Positions 11,331 through 21,654 of a DNA stretch of 64,000 nt are shown here, in pieces (the first letter of the stretch is position 1; every line of letters starts with the position of its first letter). Below the pieces are notes generated by a model that saw only the letters and a program-made list of their open reading frames with translations, did not search any database and had not been told where the DNA came from. The translations under genes and the position numbers were made by a program. Source of the DNA: Nocardioidaceae bacterium (GTDB lineage Bacteria > Actinomycetota > Actinomycetes > Propionibacteriales > Nocardioidaceae); NCBI GenBank assembly GCA_030447865.1, contig JAUJOD010000004.1:240074-304073 (forward strand), read 5' to 3'.

Positions 11331-12676
11331 GGCGTCTGCTCCTTGCTGATCAGCTGCGGTCGCAGGTCGTCAAGAGGGGGTGTCCAGACGGCGGCGTCAG
11401 CGGCGTGCTGGTCGCCGGAGCGGATGTCCTTGACGGAGTCCACCGTGGAGTCGCCGCCAGGGAACCACACGAACGGGATGCCGCGGCGCTCGGCGTACCG
11501 GATCTGCCGGCCGTACTTCTGCGCACTGGCTGCGACCTCGGTGGGGATGCCGCGCCGGCGTAACGCGGCGGCCACCGCCTCACTGTCGCCGCGCGAGTCA
11601 TCAGCCGACACCGCGACCAGTACGGCGGAAGGCACCGATCGCGTCGACGTCAGCAGGCCGCGGCTGAAGAGCGGGACCAGTGTGCGCGAGACGCCGAACG
11701 ACAAGCCGACGCCTGGGTAGGTGGTCGAACCCTCGACGGCCAACGCGTCGTACCGACCTCCCGAGCAGACAGACCCCAGCGACTCAAAGCCCGCCATCAC
11801 GGTTTCGAAGACCGTGCCCGTGTAGTAGTCGAGACCTCGGGCGATGCGCAGGTCAGCCGCGACCGTGAACCGTTCGTTGGACAGGCCCCTGCACCCGTCG
11901 ATGACGGCGGCCAGCTCGGCCAGACCGGTGTCGAGCAGGTCATGCTCGACGCCGAGGCCCCTCACCTGGTCGACAAACGAGCCGTCTGTCGAGCGGATCT
12001 GGGTAAGGGCCAAGCACAGCTCTGCGTGCTTGTCGCTCAGGCCGACGTCTTCGAGGAGCGCGCGCACAGCGGCAACCGGCAGCTTGTCGAGCCTGTCGAC
12101 GATGCGGCGTACGGCGACGGGGTCGGTGTCGCGAGCGCCGAGGCCGCGGTAGAAGCCCTCGATGAGCTTGCGGTTGTTGACCTGCATCCGCAGCGGTGGC
12201 AGCGGAAGGTCGGCAAGGGCCTGCGCCATGACGCGGGCCACCTCGACGTCGTAGTGGAAGGCCAACTCGTCGCGGCCGACGATGTCGATGTCGGCCTGGG
12301 TGAACTCCCGGAAGCGACCCTCCTGCGGTCGCTCCCCGCGCCACGCCTTCTGGATCTGGTAGCGGCGGAAGGGGAACCCGAGCTTGCCGGAACTCTCCAC
12401 GACGTAGCGCGCGAACGGCACCGTGAGGTCGTAGTGCAGGCCAAGGCCAGTGTCGTGGGAGTCCTCAGCGGCCTGCAGCCGCCGCAGCACGTACACCTCC
12501 TGGTCGATCTCACCCTTGCTCAGCAAGACCTCCAGCGGCTCGACGGCCCGCGTCTCGATGTTGGCGAACCCGTGCAGCTCGAAAACGTGGGCCAGCTGCC
12601 GCACGATCACCAGCTCGGCGTTGCGCTGGGTCGGCAGCAGCTCGGGGAAGCCGCTCAGGGGTGACGGCTTGGTCAT
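11327..12676 (-). CDS. hisS: histidine--tRNA ligase
   Basis: 449 aa. Matching segments are [36 protein letters not shown] and CSGGRYDAL. It has a 4-nt overlap with aspS. Confidence 0.9.
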   Translation of the reverse strand: MTKPSPLSGFPELLPTQRNAELVIVRQLAHVFELHGFANIETRAVEPLEVLLSKGEIDQEVYVLRRLQAAEDSHDTGLGLHYDLTVPFARYVVESSGKLGFPFRRYQIQKAWRGERPQEGRFREFTQADIDIVGRDELAFHYDVEVARVMAQALADLPLPPLRMQVNNRKLIEGFYRGLGARDTDPVAVRRIVDRLDKLPVAAVRALLEDVGLSDKHAELCLALTQIRSTDGSFVDQVRGLGVEHDLLDTGLAELAAVIDGCRGLSNERFTVAADLRIARGLDYYTGTVFETVMAGFESLGSVCSGGRYDALAVEGSTTYPGVGLSFGVSRTLVPLFSRGLLTSTRSVPSAVLVAVSADDSRGDSEAVAAALRRRGIPTEVAASAQKYGRQIRYAERRGIPFVWFPGGDSTVDSVKDIRSGDQHAADAAVWTPPLDDLRPQLISKEQTP

Positions 12677-13380
12677 GGCGAGACCCGGCGGGGCGAGCTT
12701 GTCGGGATCAGGTCGGCGAGGAAGGGGTTGGTGGCGCGTTCTCGCCCGATGGTGGTCCGCGGGCCGTGGCCGGGCAGCACAACGATCGAGTCGTCGAGCG
12801 GCAGCACCTTGTCGGCGAGACTGCGCAGCATGGTGGCGGTGTCGCCGCCGGGCAGGTCGGTGCGGCCGATCGACCCGGCGAAGAGCAAGTCGCCCGAGAA
12901 CAAGACAGCCGCCACGTCGGCCCCATCGTCATATGGGCTGGTGAACGTGATCGAGCCGGGGGTGTGGCCTGGAGTGTGATCGACGGTGAACGACAATCCA
13001 GCGACGTCGATCGCGTCCCCGTCACCCACTTCCGACACCTCGGCGGGCTCAGCGAACGTGTAGCTGCCGCCGAGGAGCAGGCCTGCACTTTCGGCCGAGA
13101 TCCCGGCCATCGGGTCGGTCAGCAGGTGCCGGTCGGCGGGGTGGACGTAGGCCGCCGCCTCGTAGGCCCCCGCTACCGGTGCGACGCAGAACATGTGGTC
13201 GATGTGCCCGTGGGTGACGAGGACCGCAGCCGGTCGCAGCCGGTGCTCTCGTACGACGTCGGCGACTCCGTCTGCGGCGTGCATGCCTGGGTCGATGACA
13301 ACGCACTCTTCACCCACCCCCGCCGCCACGACGTAGCAGTTGGTGGCCCACGGATCGGCCGGAAAGGCAGCGATGAGCAT
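12673..13380 (-). CDS. MBL-fold metallo-hydrolase (glyoxalase II-like)
   Basis: 235 aa with the metal motif THGHIDH and downstream HTPGHTPGS. Confidence 0.85.
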   Translation of the reverse strand: MLIAAFPADPWATNCYVVAAGVGEECVVIDPGMHAADGVADVVREHRLRPAAVLVTHGHIDHMFCVAPVAGAYEAAAYVHPADRHLLTDPMAGISAESAGLLLGGSYTFAEPAEVSEVGDGDAIDVAGLSFTVDHTPGHTPGSITFTSPYDDGADVAAVLFSGDLLFAGSIGRTDLPGGDTATMLRSLADKVLPLDDSIVVLPGHGPRTTIGRERATNPFLADLIPTSSPRRVSP

Positions 13381-13618
13381 CGGGGGTGAGGTCTCCTGGG
13401 AATGGTACGGCGTCTCGGCTCGCCGTCCGGCTTGGTCAGCTGCTCAGCTGGCCGGGCGCTTGGCTGGTCGCTGGCAGCCTATCGAGCCACAGCTGCCTCG
13501 CGGACTTCGGTGTACAAGCCACAGCTCGGTCACGATTGGCTCGAACTGGCCGGCTGGCGCCCCCGGTGCTCCTAGACTGTGCAGCCGGTCAACCGCCAGG
13601 TGGCGGGTGGAGGTAGCG

Positions 13619-14023
13619 GTGGCAACGAACAAGCAGCGGCAGCGGCAAGTCGCGCGCGCCCGCTGGGAGCGGCAGCAAGCCCGCCGCGCCGCTGAGGCTG
13701 CCCGCCGGCGCAAGCGGCGCATCGTCGTTGGCATCGTCGTGGGCCTCGTGCTCGCCGGCCTGCTCGGCTGGCTCGTCTTCTCCATCGTGACCAACGAGAA
13801 CGCCCGCGACCAGCAGCCCAACCCCCCGGTTGAGACGGACGTGCCGAGCGTCACGCTGCCGACCGAGCCGACACCGGGCGGGTCGCCGGCGCCTACCGGT
13901 GCCACTCCGACGACCGATGCAGCGCCAACGCAACGCTCGGACTCCCCGGCTGGCACCTCGATGGCAACCTCGCCGGCCGGCAACGAGGGGTCCGACGGCA
14001 CTACACCCGGAACTCCACGATGA
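13619..14023 (+). CDS. hypothetical single-pass membrane protein with Pro/Thr-rich tail
   Basis: In-frame GTG at 13619 is preceded by ggtggagg. The product reads VATNKQRQRQVARARWERQQ..., then TM IVVGIVVGLVLAGLLGWLVFSIV, then a P/T/G-rich tail. The longer track ORF from 13340 overlaps the MBL gene and was rejected. Confidence 0.5.
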   Translation: MATNKQRQRQVARARWERQQARRAAEAARRRKRRIVVGIVVGLVLAGLLGWLVFSIVTNENARDQQPNPPVETDVPSVTLPTEPTPGGSPAPTGATPTTDAAPTQRSDSPAGTSMATSPAGNEGSDGTTPGTPR

Positions 14024-15261
14024 CCGATCCCGACGCGCCAACCGAGTTCGGTCGCGTCGACGGCGACGGCACGGTGTATGTGCGGTCGTCAGCCGGTGAG
14101 CGTGCGGTCGGTCAATGGGCAGTCGGCGACCCGGCGGCGGCGTTGGCGTTCTACCGCAAGCGTTTCGAGGGGCTGGAGGTCGAGGTCGACCTGCTCGAGC
14201 GACGTACGAAGGCTGGTGCCCTGTCGCCCGAAGACGCCCAGCAAGCCGCCCGCAAGCTGCGCCGCGGAGTCAGCGAGGCGCAGGCGGTTGGGGACCTGGA
14301 CGCGTTGCTGCTCCGCATCGACGCGCTGGAGCCGGTGATCGCTGAGCGTAAGGAGGCGCGCCGGGCGGAACGCGCCGCCAAGGCGGCGCAGACCAAGCAG
14401 GCCAAGGAGCGCATCGTCGAGGAGGCCGAGCGGTTGGCGGCCAGCAACGATTGGCGGCAGGGGGCGAACCGGTTGCGCGAGATGCTGTCGACGTGGAAGG
14501 CGCTGCCGCGCATCGACAGGGCCACCGACGACGCGCTTTGGCACCGGTTCTCGGCGGCCCGTACGACGTACACCCGTCGACGCAAGCAGCACTTCGCCGA
14601 GCTCAACGAAAAGCGGGACGCCGCCTCGGCGACCAAGGAGAAGCTGGTTGCCGAAGCTGAGGCGCTGTCGGGCTCGACCGACTGGGGCGAGACCGCGCGG
14701 GCCTACCGGGACCTGATGAGCCGGTGGAAGGCCGCCGGCAGTACTCACAGGGCAGTTGACGATGCGCTGTGGACCCGGTTCCGGGCCGCCCAGGACACGT
14801 TCTTCACTGCCCGGGACGCAGTCACGGCGCGGGTGGACGCGGAGTATTCCGCCAACACAGCGACGAAGCGGCAACTGTTGACCGAGGCGGAGAAGCTGCT
14901 TGCTGTCCGCGATCCGAAAGCGGCACGCGAGGGGTTCCGCGAGCTGGCGCAGCGGTGGGATACCGCAGGGAAGGCTTCCCGGAGCGAGACCAAGGACCTC
15001 GAGGCCCGCTTCGCTCGGGTGGAGCAGGCCATCCGGGGCGCCGAGGAGGACCGATGGCGGCGCAGCAATCCCGAGGGGCACGCCCGGGCCGCGGCGACAG
15101 TCACCCAGCTCGAAGCGGCAATCGAGGGCGCACGCAGCAGGTTGGAACAGGCCAAGGCTCGCGGTGACGAGCGGGCAGCCGCTCAGGCGCACGCCGACCT
15201 CACCGCCCGCGAGTCCTGGCTCCTGAGCGCCCGGCAGGCCCTCGACGAGTTCAGCGGCTAG
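14020..15261 (+). CDS. DUF349 domain-containing protein
   Basis: 413 aa with repeated helical modules (W..GA...R.....LW.RF..A...F) characteristic of DUF349. It has a 4-nt overlap with the upstream ORF. Confidence 0.8.
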   Translation: MTDPDAPTEFGRVDGDGTVYVRSSAGERAVGQWAVGDPAAALAFYRKRFEGLEVEVDLLERRTKAGALSPEDAQQAARKLRRGVSEAQAVGDLDALLLRIDALEPVIAERKEARRAERAAKAAQTKQAKERIVEEAERLAASNDWRQGANRLREMLSTWKALPRIDRATDDALWHRFSAARTTYTRRRKQHFAELNEKRDAASATKEKLVAEAEALSGSTDWGETARAYRDLMSRWKAAGSTHRAVDDALWTRFRAAQDTFFTARDAVTARVDAEYSANTATKRQLLTEAEKLLAVRDPKAAREGFRELAQRWDTAGKASRSETKDLEARFARVEQAIRGAEEDRWRRSNPEGHARAAATVTQLEAAIEGARSRLEQAKARGDERAAAQAHADLTARESWLLSARQALDEFSG

Positions 15262-15452
15262 CTACTGCGGCGCACTGCGGCGGACTGTCACTGTGGATAC
15301 CCTCAGGGCCCTCGGCCGCCGGACGCCCTCGATGTGAGCCGTCAACCAACTGCACCTATTGCACGCGGTTTACGACTCTTGGCCCCGCCGCCATCTGCGT
15401 GCCCCATGACGGAGGGCGAAGCTTGTGACGCGCCGCTAGCCCGGGCGCAGGT

Positions 15453-17768
15453 CTACTGGGTGACGCGGTAGGCGTCGAAAACGCCGTCGACGGTGCGCAC
15501 CGCCTTGAGCACGTGTCCGAGGTGGGCCGGGTCGGCCATCTCGAAGGTGAAGCGGCTCTTGGCGATGCGGTTGCGGCTGGTGGCCACGGTCGCTGACAGG
15601 ATGTTGACGTGGACGTCGGACAGCACCCGGGTGATGTCGCTGAGCAGACCGGCGCGGTCGAGCGCCTCGACTTGAATGGCCGCCAAGAACATCGACTGCG
15701 ACGTCGGCGCCCACTCGACCCCCACTAGCCGACCGGGCTGAGCTGACAGGCTCTTCATGTTGCTGCAGTCGACCCGGTGTACCGAAACGCCGTCTCCGCG
15801 GGTGACGAAGCCGACGATGTCGTCGCCCGGCACCGGGGTGCAGCAGCGCGCGAGTTTCACCAAGACGTCGGAGAGCCCCTTGACGATGACGCCGGCGTCT
15901 CCGCGCGGAGCTAGCTTGCGGCGCTCGCGCTCGCTGGTGATCTTGACGGTCTCGGCGGCCTCGTCGGCGGCCGCCTCATCGCCGCCGAAGACCTCCAGGA
16001 TGCGGCGGATGACCGCCTGTGCCGTCGTGTTGCCTTCGCCGATCGCGGCGTACAGCGCGGTGACGTCAGGGTGCCGCAGATCTGCCGCGACAACCGACAG
16101 CGTGTCGTGGGTGAGCATGCGCTGCAACGGCAAGCCCTCGCGGCGCATCAGCCGCGCCAGGGCCTCCTTGCCCTGCTCGATTGCCTCCTCACGTCGCTCT
16201 TTGGTGAAGAACTGGCGGATCTTGTTGCGCGCCCGCGGACTCTTGACGAACGTCAGCCAGTCGCGACTGGGAGCCGCGTTCTCCGACTTGGAGGTGAAGA
16301 TCTCGACGACGTCGCCGTTGTCGAGTTCGGACTCGAGCGGCACCAGCCGACCGTTGACGCGGCCGCCGATGCAGCGGTGTCCCACCTCGGTGTGGATCGC
16401 GTAGGCGAAGTCGACCGGGGTCGAGCCGGCGGGCAGCGCGATCACCTCACCGCGCGGGGTGAAGACGTAGACCTCTGTCGAGTTGATCTCGAACCGCAGC
16501 GAGTCCAAGAACTCACCGGGGTCCTGGGTCTCCTTCTGCCAGTCAAGGAGCTGGCGCACCCACGCCATGTCACCCGTCGCGCCGTCGGCGCGCGCCAGCG
16601 ACCCGTCGGTGTCGAGCCCGGCGCGGCCGTCCTCCTTGTACTTCCAGTGCGCGGCGACGCCGTACTCAGCCCGGCGGTGCATGCTGAACGTGCGGATCTG
16701 CAGCTCGACCGGTTTGCCGCCGGGCCCGATGACTGTCGTGTGCAGCGACTGGTACATGTTGAACTTCGGCATCGCGACGAAGTCCTTGAACCGTCCGGGC
16801 ACGGGGTTCCACCGGGCGTGCAGTACGCCGAGTGCGGCGTAGCAGTCCCGCAACGACTCCGTCAGAACGCGGATGCCGACCAGGTCGTAGATGTCGGTGA
16901 ACTCTCGGCCGCGGACGATCATCTTCTGGTAGATCGAGTAGTAGTGCTTCGGCCGTCCCGTCACGGTGGCCTTGATCTTGGCTGCGCGCAGGTCGGCTTG
17001 CACCTGGTCGATCACCGTGGCCAGGAACTCATCGCGCGCCGGCGCCCGCTCAGCAACCAGCCGCACGATCTCGTCGTACACCTTCGGGTGCAAGGTGGCG
17101 AAGGCGAGGTCCTCGAGCTCCCACTTCAGCGTGTTCATGCCGAGGCGGTGCGCGAGCGGAGCGTAGATCTCCAGTGTCTCGTCGGCGATGCGCGCCCGCT
17201 TCTCCGGTCGGAGGTAGTGCAGCGTGCGCATGTTGTGCAACCGGTCGGCCAGCTTGATGACCAGGACCCGGATGTCCTTGCTCATCGCGACGACCATCTT
17301 GCGGATCGTCTCGGCCTGCGCCGCGTCGCCGTACTTGACCTTGTCGAGCTTGGTTACACCGTCGACGAGCTGGGCGACCTCGGTGCCGAAGTCGGCGGTG
17401 AGCTCGGCCAGGCTGTAGGCGGTGTCCTCTACGGTGTCGTGCAGCAGTGCAGCACACAGCGTGGGCGGGGTCATGCCAAGCTCGGCGAGGATCGTGGTCA
17501 CGGCGAGCGGGTGGGTGATGTACGGGTCACCGCTCTTGCGAGTCTGGCCGCGGTGGTGGAACTCGGCTGTCCGGTACGCCTTCTCCACGACGCTGACGTC
17601 GGCCTTCGGGTGGGTGTTGCGGATGATTCGGAACAGCGGGTCCAGGACGGGCTCGGCCGAGGTTGTGCGACCGATCCGCGCGAGCCGGGTGCGCATCCGA
17701 CCGGTCGGCGCAGCCGGCGCTGCCGCTGCCACCTTCTCGGCAGTCGAGGTAAGGACCTCGTCCGGCAC
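15453..17768 (-). CDS. relA: bifunctional (p)ppGpp synthetase/hydrolase
   Basis: 771 aa. It has an HD hydrolase ([20 protein letters not shown]...LLHDTVEDT), a synthetase domain (YRSLHT-like [20 protein letters not shown]), and TGS and ACT regions. Confidence 0.95.
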   Translation of the reverse strand: MPDEVLTSTAEKVAAAAPAAPTGRMRTRLARIGRTTSAEPVLDPLFRIIRNTHPKADVSVVEKAYRTAEFHHRGQTRKSGDPYITHPLAVTTILAELGMTPPTLCAALLHDTVEDTAYSLAELTADFGTEVAQLVDGVTKLDKVKYGDAAQAETIRKMVVAMSKDIRVLVIKLADRLHNMRTLHYLRPEKRARIADETLEIYAPLAHRLGMNTLKWELEDLAFATLHPKVYDEIVRLVAERAPARDEFLATVIDQVQADLRAAKIKATVTGRPKHYYSIYQKMIVRGREFTDIYDLVGIRVLTESLRDCYAALGVLHARWNPVPGRFKDFVAMPKFNMYQSLHTTVIGPGGKPVELQIRTFSMHRRAEYGVAAHWKYKEDGRAGLDTDGSLARADGATGDMAWVRQLLDWQKETQDPGEFLDSLRFEINSTEVYVFTPRGEVIALPAGSTPVDFAYAIHTEVGHRCIGGRVNGRLVPLESELDNGDVVEIFTSKSENAAPSRDWLTFVKSPRARNKIRQFFTKERREEAIEQGKEALARLMRREGLPLQRMLTHDTLSVVAADLRHPDVTALYAAIGEGNTTAQAVIRRILEVFGGDEAAADEAAETVKITSERERRKLAPRGDAGVIVKGLSDVLVKLARCCTPVPGDDIVGFVTRGDGVSVHRVDCSNMKSLSAQPGRLVGVEWAPTSQSMFLAAIQVEALDRAGLLSDITRVLSDVHVNILSATVATSRNRIAKSRFTFEMADPAHLGHVLKAVRTVDGVFDAYRVTQ

Positions 17769-17842
17769 GTCGCGCTCCTGCTGGCTGGGGGAAACTCCCA
17801 GTCTAGACGCCGCGAGCGGGCCCGGGACGGTGCAGCGCGGGA

Positions 17843-18397
17843 CTAAACCCGCAGCAGCGCCGACAGCGGGTGAGCGGCCAGCCGCTGGGCACCACCGAGA
17901 AAGCCCAGCTCGATCAGCACGGCGAAACCGTGCACAACGGCGCCAGAGCGGCGCACGAGCTCGGCGCTCGCCTCCAGGGTTCCCCCGGTGGCCAGCACGT
18001 CGTCGACGACCAAGACCCGGTCAGCCGGCGTGAGCGCATCCTGGTGGATCTCCAGGACCGCCTCGCCGTACTCGAGCACGCACGACTGGCTGTACACCGC
18101 ACCGGGCAGCTTGCCGGCTTTGCGCACCGGCACGAAACCGGCACCCAGCGCCAACGCCACCGGAGCCGCCAAGATGAAGCCCCGCGCCTCGATACCCGCC
18201 ACCTTGTCGACCACCGCAGCGCCGATATCGTCGCGGCCGGCCCGCGCCAGAGCCTCCACCGCGGCCGTGAAACCGCGATGGTCGGCGAGCAGCGGCGAGA
18301 TGTCCTTGAAGACGATCCCGGGTTCGGGAAAGTCGGGCACGTCACGGATTAGATCCCCGAGCAGAGTGGTCAGCTCTGTCCCGGCGGCGGCCGTCAT
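17843..18397 (-). CDS. apt: adenine phosphoribosyltransferase
   Basis: 184 aa. Matching segments are [16 protein letters not shown] and the PRPP motif [13 protein letters not shown]. Confidence 0.9.
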   Translation of the reverse strand: MTAAAGTELTTLLGDLIRDVPDFPEPGIVFKDISPLLADHRGFTAAVEALARAGRDDIGAAVVDKVAGIEARGFILAAPVALALGAGFVPVRKAGKLPGAVYSQSCVLEYGEAVLEIHQDALTPADRVLVVDDVLATGGTLEASAELVRRSGAVVHGFAVLIELGFLGGAQRLAAHPLSALLRV

Positions 18398-19551
18398 CTG
18401 CCCTTGCCCCGCTTAGAGCGCGGCTGGCGTTGCGGTTGGGTGCGCTTGGCGGTCGCGCTGCGCACCGGACGTGGCGCTGTCTTCGTGGCGACGGTCGCAC
18501 CGGTCGGGCGGGGAGAGGGGGCAGCCACGGGTACGTCGGGGGTGCTGACCGCTGCAGATCTCGTGGCCTGGCGCTCGGTGGCGCTGCGGCGCGCCGCGAC
18601 CCGCTTGGCCTGAGCCTGCATGGCAGGTTCGCGCATCTTCAGCTGCGCGAGCAGCGGTGTGGCGATGAAGATCGACGAGTAGGTGCCGGCCGCCATGCCG
18701 ACGAACAGCGCCAGGGCGAGGTCCTTCAGCGGCCCCGACCCTAGCTGGAACACACCGACGTACAAGATGGCGCCGACTGGCAGCAGGGCTGCGATGGACG
18801 TGTTGATCGACCGCACGAGGGTCTGGTTGACGGCGAGGTTGGCGCTCTCGGCGTACGTGCGACGCGTTGACGCGGTGATGCCGCGGGTGTTCTCGCGCAC
18901 CTTGTCGAACACGACGACGGTGTCGTAGAGGGAGTAGCCCAAGATCGTGAGGAACCCGGTGACGGTGGCCGGGCTGACCTCGAACCCGGCGAGTGAGTAG
19001 ACGCCGACGGTGATCAGCAGGTCGTGCGCCAACGCCACGATGGCAGCTACCGACATCCGCCACTCGCGGAAGTACGCCCAGATGAACAAGACGACGAGCA
19101 CCACGAACACGCTGAGGCCGAGCAGTGCCTTGTTGGCAATGGCCTGGCCCCATGTGGGTCCGATCGAGGCTTTGCTGACCTCGGTGGCGCCAACGTCTTC
19201 GATGGCGTCCTGTACGAGGTTCGCCTCGTCGGGCGTGAGCGGCTCGGTCTGCACGCGGATGGTGTTCTGCCCGGACGAAACCACCTGGGGGTTGGCGGCG
19301 GCCTCGATCCCGGTGTCGACGACGGCGTCGTTGACCTGCTTGACGTGGCTGGAGGGGTTGGCAATCTGCGCCTTGAACTCGACACCCCCGCGGAACTCGA
19401 TGCCGAAGTTCAGGGGGCGCAGCAGCAAGGCACCGATCGCGACCACCAGAATCGCCAGCGAGATGAGGTACCAGGTCTTGCGGCGTCCGACGAAGTCGAT
19501 CGCCACGTCGCCGCGGTAGAGCCGGGCGCCGATCTCTCCGAGCTTCGACAT
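18394..19551 (-). CDS. secF: protein translocase subunit SecF
   Basis: Start set at the internal ATG (MSKLGEIGARLYRGD...) that overlaps the secD stop. It is multi-TM with a basic disordered C-terminus. The track ORF extends to 19629 inside secD. Confidence 0.85.
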   Translation of the reverse strand: MSKLGEIGARLYRGDVAIDFVGRRKTWYLISLAILVVAIGALLLRPLNFGIEFRGGVEFKAQIANPSSHVKQVNDAVVDTGIEAAANPQVVSSGQNTIRVQTEPLTPDEANLVQDAIEDVGATEVSKASIGPTWGQAIANKALLGLSVFVVLVVLFIWAYFREWRMSVAAIVALAHDLLITVGVYSLAGFEVSPATVTGFLTILGYSLYDTVVVFDKVRENTRGITASTRRTYAESANLAVNQTLVRSINTSIAALLPVGAILYVGVFQLGSGPLKDLALALFVGMAAGTYSSIFIATPLLAQLKMREPAMQAQAKRVAARRSATERQATRSAAVSTPDVPVAAPSPRPTGATVATKTAPRPVRSATAKRTQPQRQPRSKRGKGR

Positions 19552-21431
19552 CAGGCCTCCCCTGCCGCTGGGCGCGGGGTTCGGCGCAGCGGCGGCATAC
19601 CGAGGTGCTGCCGGTCGAGGCCGGACCACTTGTGGCCCTGTCCGAAGAACCTGGTGCGTGACAGCAAGGTCACCATCGGCTTGGTGAAGAAGAACACCAC
19701 GAACACGTCGATGAGGGTGGTGAGGCCGAGCGCGAACGCGAAGCCCTTGACCACGCCGATGGCGAAGATGAAGAGCACCAAGGCGGCCAGGATCGTCACC
19801 GCGTCAGCGGCGAGGATCGTGGCCCGGGCGCGAGCCCAACCGGTCTCGACCGAGGTGCGCAGCGTCTTCCCGTCACGCACCTCGTCGCGCAACCGCTCGA
19901 AGTACACGATGAACGAGTCGGCGGTGATGCCGACCGCGACAATGAGACCGGCGATGCCGGGCAGGGTGAGCGTGAAGCCATAGGCCCACCCCAAGAGCAG
20001 CACGCTGACGTAGACGAGGAGGCCGGCGATAAGCAGCGACGCGATCACGACCAGGCCGAGCCCTCGGTAGTAGGCGAGACAGTAGACGACGACCAGCAGC
20101 AGACCGATGACTCCGGCGATCAGCCCAGCTTGCAGTTGGTTGCTGGCCAGCTCCGGGCCCTCGTTGGTGACCTGTTGGATGGCGAAGCTGAGCGGCAACG
20201 CGCCGTACTTCAGCGAGTTCGCCAACGAGGTGGCCGACTCCTGGGTGAACGGGTCTTGCTCGCTGCCCTGGATCATCGCCTGGCCGTTGAGGATGGGCGA
20301 GTTGACAACGGGTGCGGAGATCACCACGGTGTCGAGCACAATCGCAAACTGCTCTTGCTGACCGGTCATCGGGTTGGTCTTGTTGGCGATCGCGCTGGTG
20401 ATGTCGGCGAACGTCTTTGAGGCTTCGCCGTTGAAGTCGAGGTTGACGACGTACGACGCGCCGCCCTGCGGCAGCTCCGCCCTGGCATCGTCGAGCTGAG
20501 TGCCCTCGATGATGGCCGGCCCCAACAGGTACTTGAAGCCGGCGTCGTCGCAGGCGAGCAGCGGTTGGCTCGGGATGTCTTGCTCCTGCGCCACTGCGCC
20601 GGCCTCGGGACATTTGAAGGCAACGAACTTCTGCTGCCACTCCGCCGACGGCTGCCAGTTCAACGGATCAGGGATCTGCTCGAGGTCAGGCGGCAGCAGC
20701 GCTGTGGGCGGACCACCGGTCGTCGGCGCAGCAGTCGTCGGCGCTGGGGTCGTCGGCGCTGGGGTCGTCGGCGCAGGGGTCGTCGGCGCAGGGGTGGTCG
20801 GGGTCGCTGCCGGGCTTGCCGTGTCGGTCGGTGGGGTCGGCGTCGTCTTCTTGACGAACCAGCGCGCGGCGGCGCGGTTCTTGCTCGGGCTGGGCTCGCC
20901 CGTCGGGGCTGTTATCGCCGGGGGCTTGGTGGTCGTGGTCGAAGGCGTCTTGGGCGACGACGTGCCCTTGGGCGTGCTTGCGGTCTCGTTGGGCGCTGGG
21001 GAGGTGCCGGAGGTGTCGGCGGGGGTTGTCGGGACAGCGGATGGCTGCGGTTGGGGTGGTCCCTGGAACAGTTCGACCAACCGGAAGCGCAGTTGCGCGG
21101 TCGACCCGAGCGTGCGCTCGAGGTCCTTGTTTCCGGCACCGGGGATCTCGACGATGATGATGTCCTCGCCCTGGGTGGTGACCTCCGCTTCGGCCACGCC
21201 TGCACCGTTGACGCGGGAGCTGATGATGCCGACCGCTTCGTCGAGCTTGGCCCGGGTGACCCCTCCCCCGGTATCGGTCTTTGCCTGCAAGGTGATGCGG
21301 GTGCCGCCTTGTAGGTCAAGGCCGAGCTTGGGCTTCCAGTTGCCGATCGCGGCAGCGGCAGCGAACATGGCGAGCACGGCGGCGAGGAAAAGGGCGAGCG
21401 TGCGGCCTGGACGCGATGTCTTGGTCGCCAC
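19551..21431 (-). CDS. secD: protein translocase subunit SecD with a long Pro/Thr-rich insertion
   Basis: 626 aa. Matching segments are LGLDLQGGTRITLQAK and the C-terminal SecD TM bundle. The insert carries APTTP repeats. Confidence 0.9.
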   Translation of the reverse strand: MATKTSRPGRTLALFLAAVLAMFAAAAAIGNWKPKLGLDLQGGTRITLQAKTDTGGGVTRAKLDEAVGIISSRVNGAGVAEAEVTTQGEDIIIVEIPGAGNKDLERTLGSTAQLRFRLVELFQGPPQPQPSAVPTTPADTSGTSPAPNETASTPKGTSSPKTPSTTTTKPPAITAPTGEPSPSKNRAAARWFVKKTTPTPPTDTASPAATPTTPAPTTPAPTTPAPTTPAPTTAAPTTGGPPTALLPPDLEQIPDPLNWQPSAEWQQKFVAFKCPEAGAVAQEQDIPSQPLLACDDAGFKYLLGPAIIEGTQLDDARAELPQGGASYVVNLDFNGEASKTFADITSAIANKTNPMTGQQEQFAIVLDTVVISAPVVNSPILNGQAMIQGSEQDPFTQESATSLANSLKYGALPLSFAIQQVTNEGPELASNQLQAGLIAGVIGLLLVVVYCLAYYRGLGLVVIASLLIAGLLVYVSVLLLGWAYGFTLTLPGIAGLIVAVGITADSFIVYFERLRDEVRDGKTLRTSVETGWARARATILAADAVTILAALVLFIFAIGVVKGFAFALGLTTLIDVFVVFFFTKPMVTLLSRTRFFGQGHKWSGLDRQHLGMPPLRRTPRPAAGEA

Positions 21432-21654
21432 GTCAGATGTCTCCTCGAGCCCGGGTGCCGGCGCGCATCAAGCGCCGCATGATTGAGTACGCCGCATCGC
21501 GACGGCCAACACCGGAGTCTAACGGGAGGAACCAACTCTCACCGCCTCGACCGAGCCGGTGCCGCTGATCCCTCTTACGAGGCTGCCGCCAGGGTGAGTG
21601 TGCGGAGCTGACGCAGAGGGCGCCGCAGCAGCGGCAGGACACAGAGCTGGCCGA

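Noticed and set aside
15262-15452. Intrinsic terminator between the convergent DUF349 and relA genes
   Set aside because: Only a weak 5-bp GCGCC/GGCGC stem without a U-tract was found. That is not enough support.
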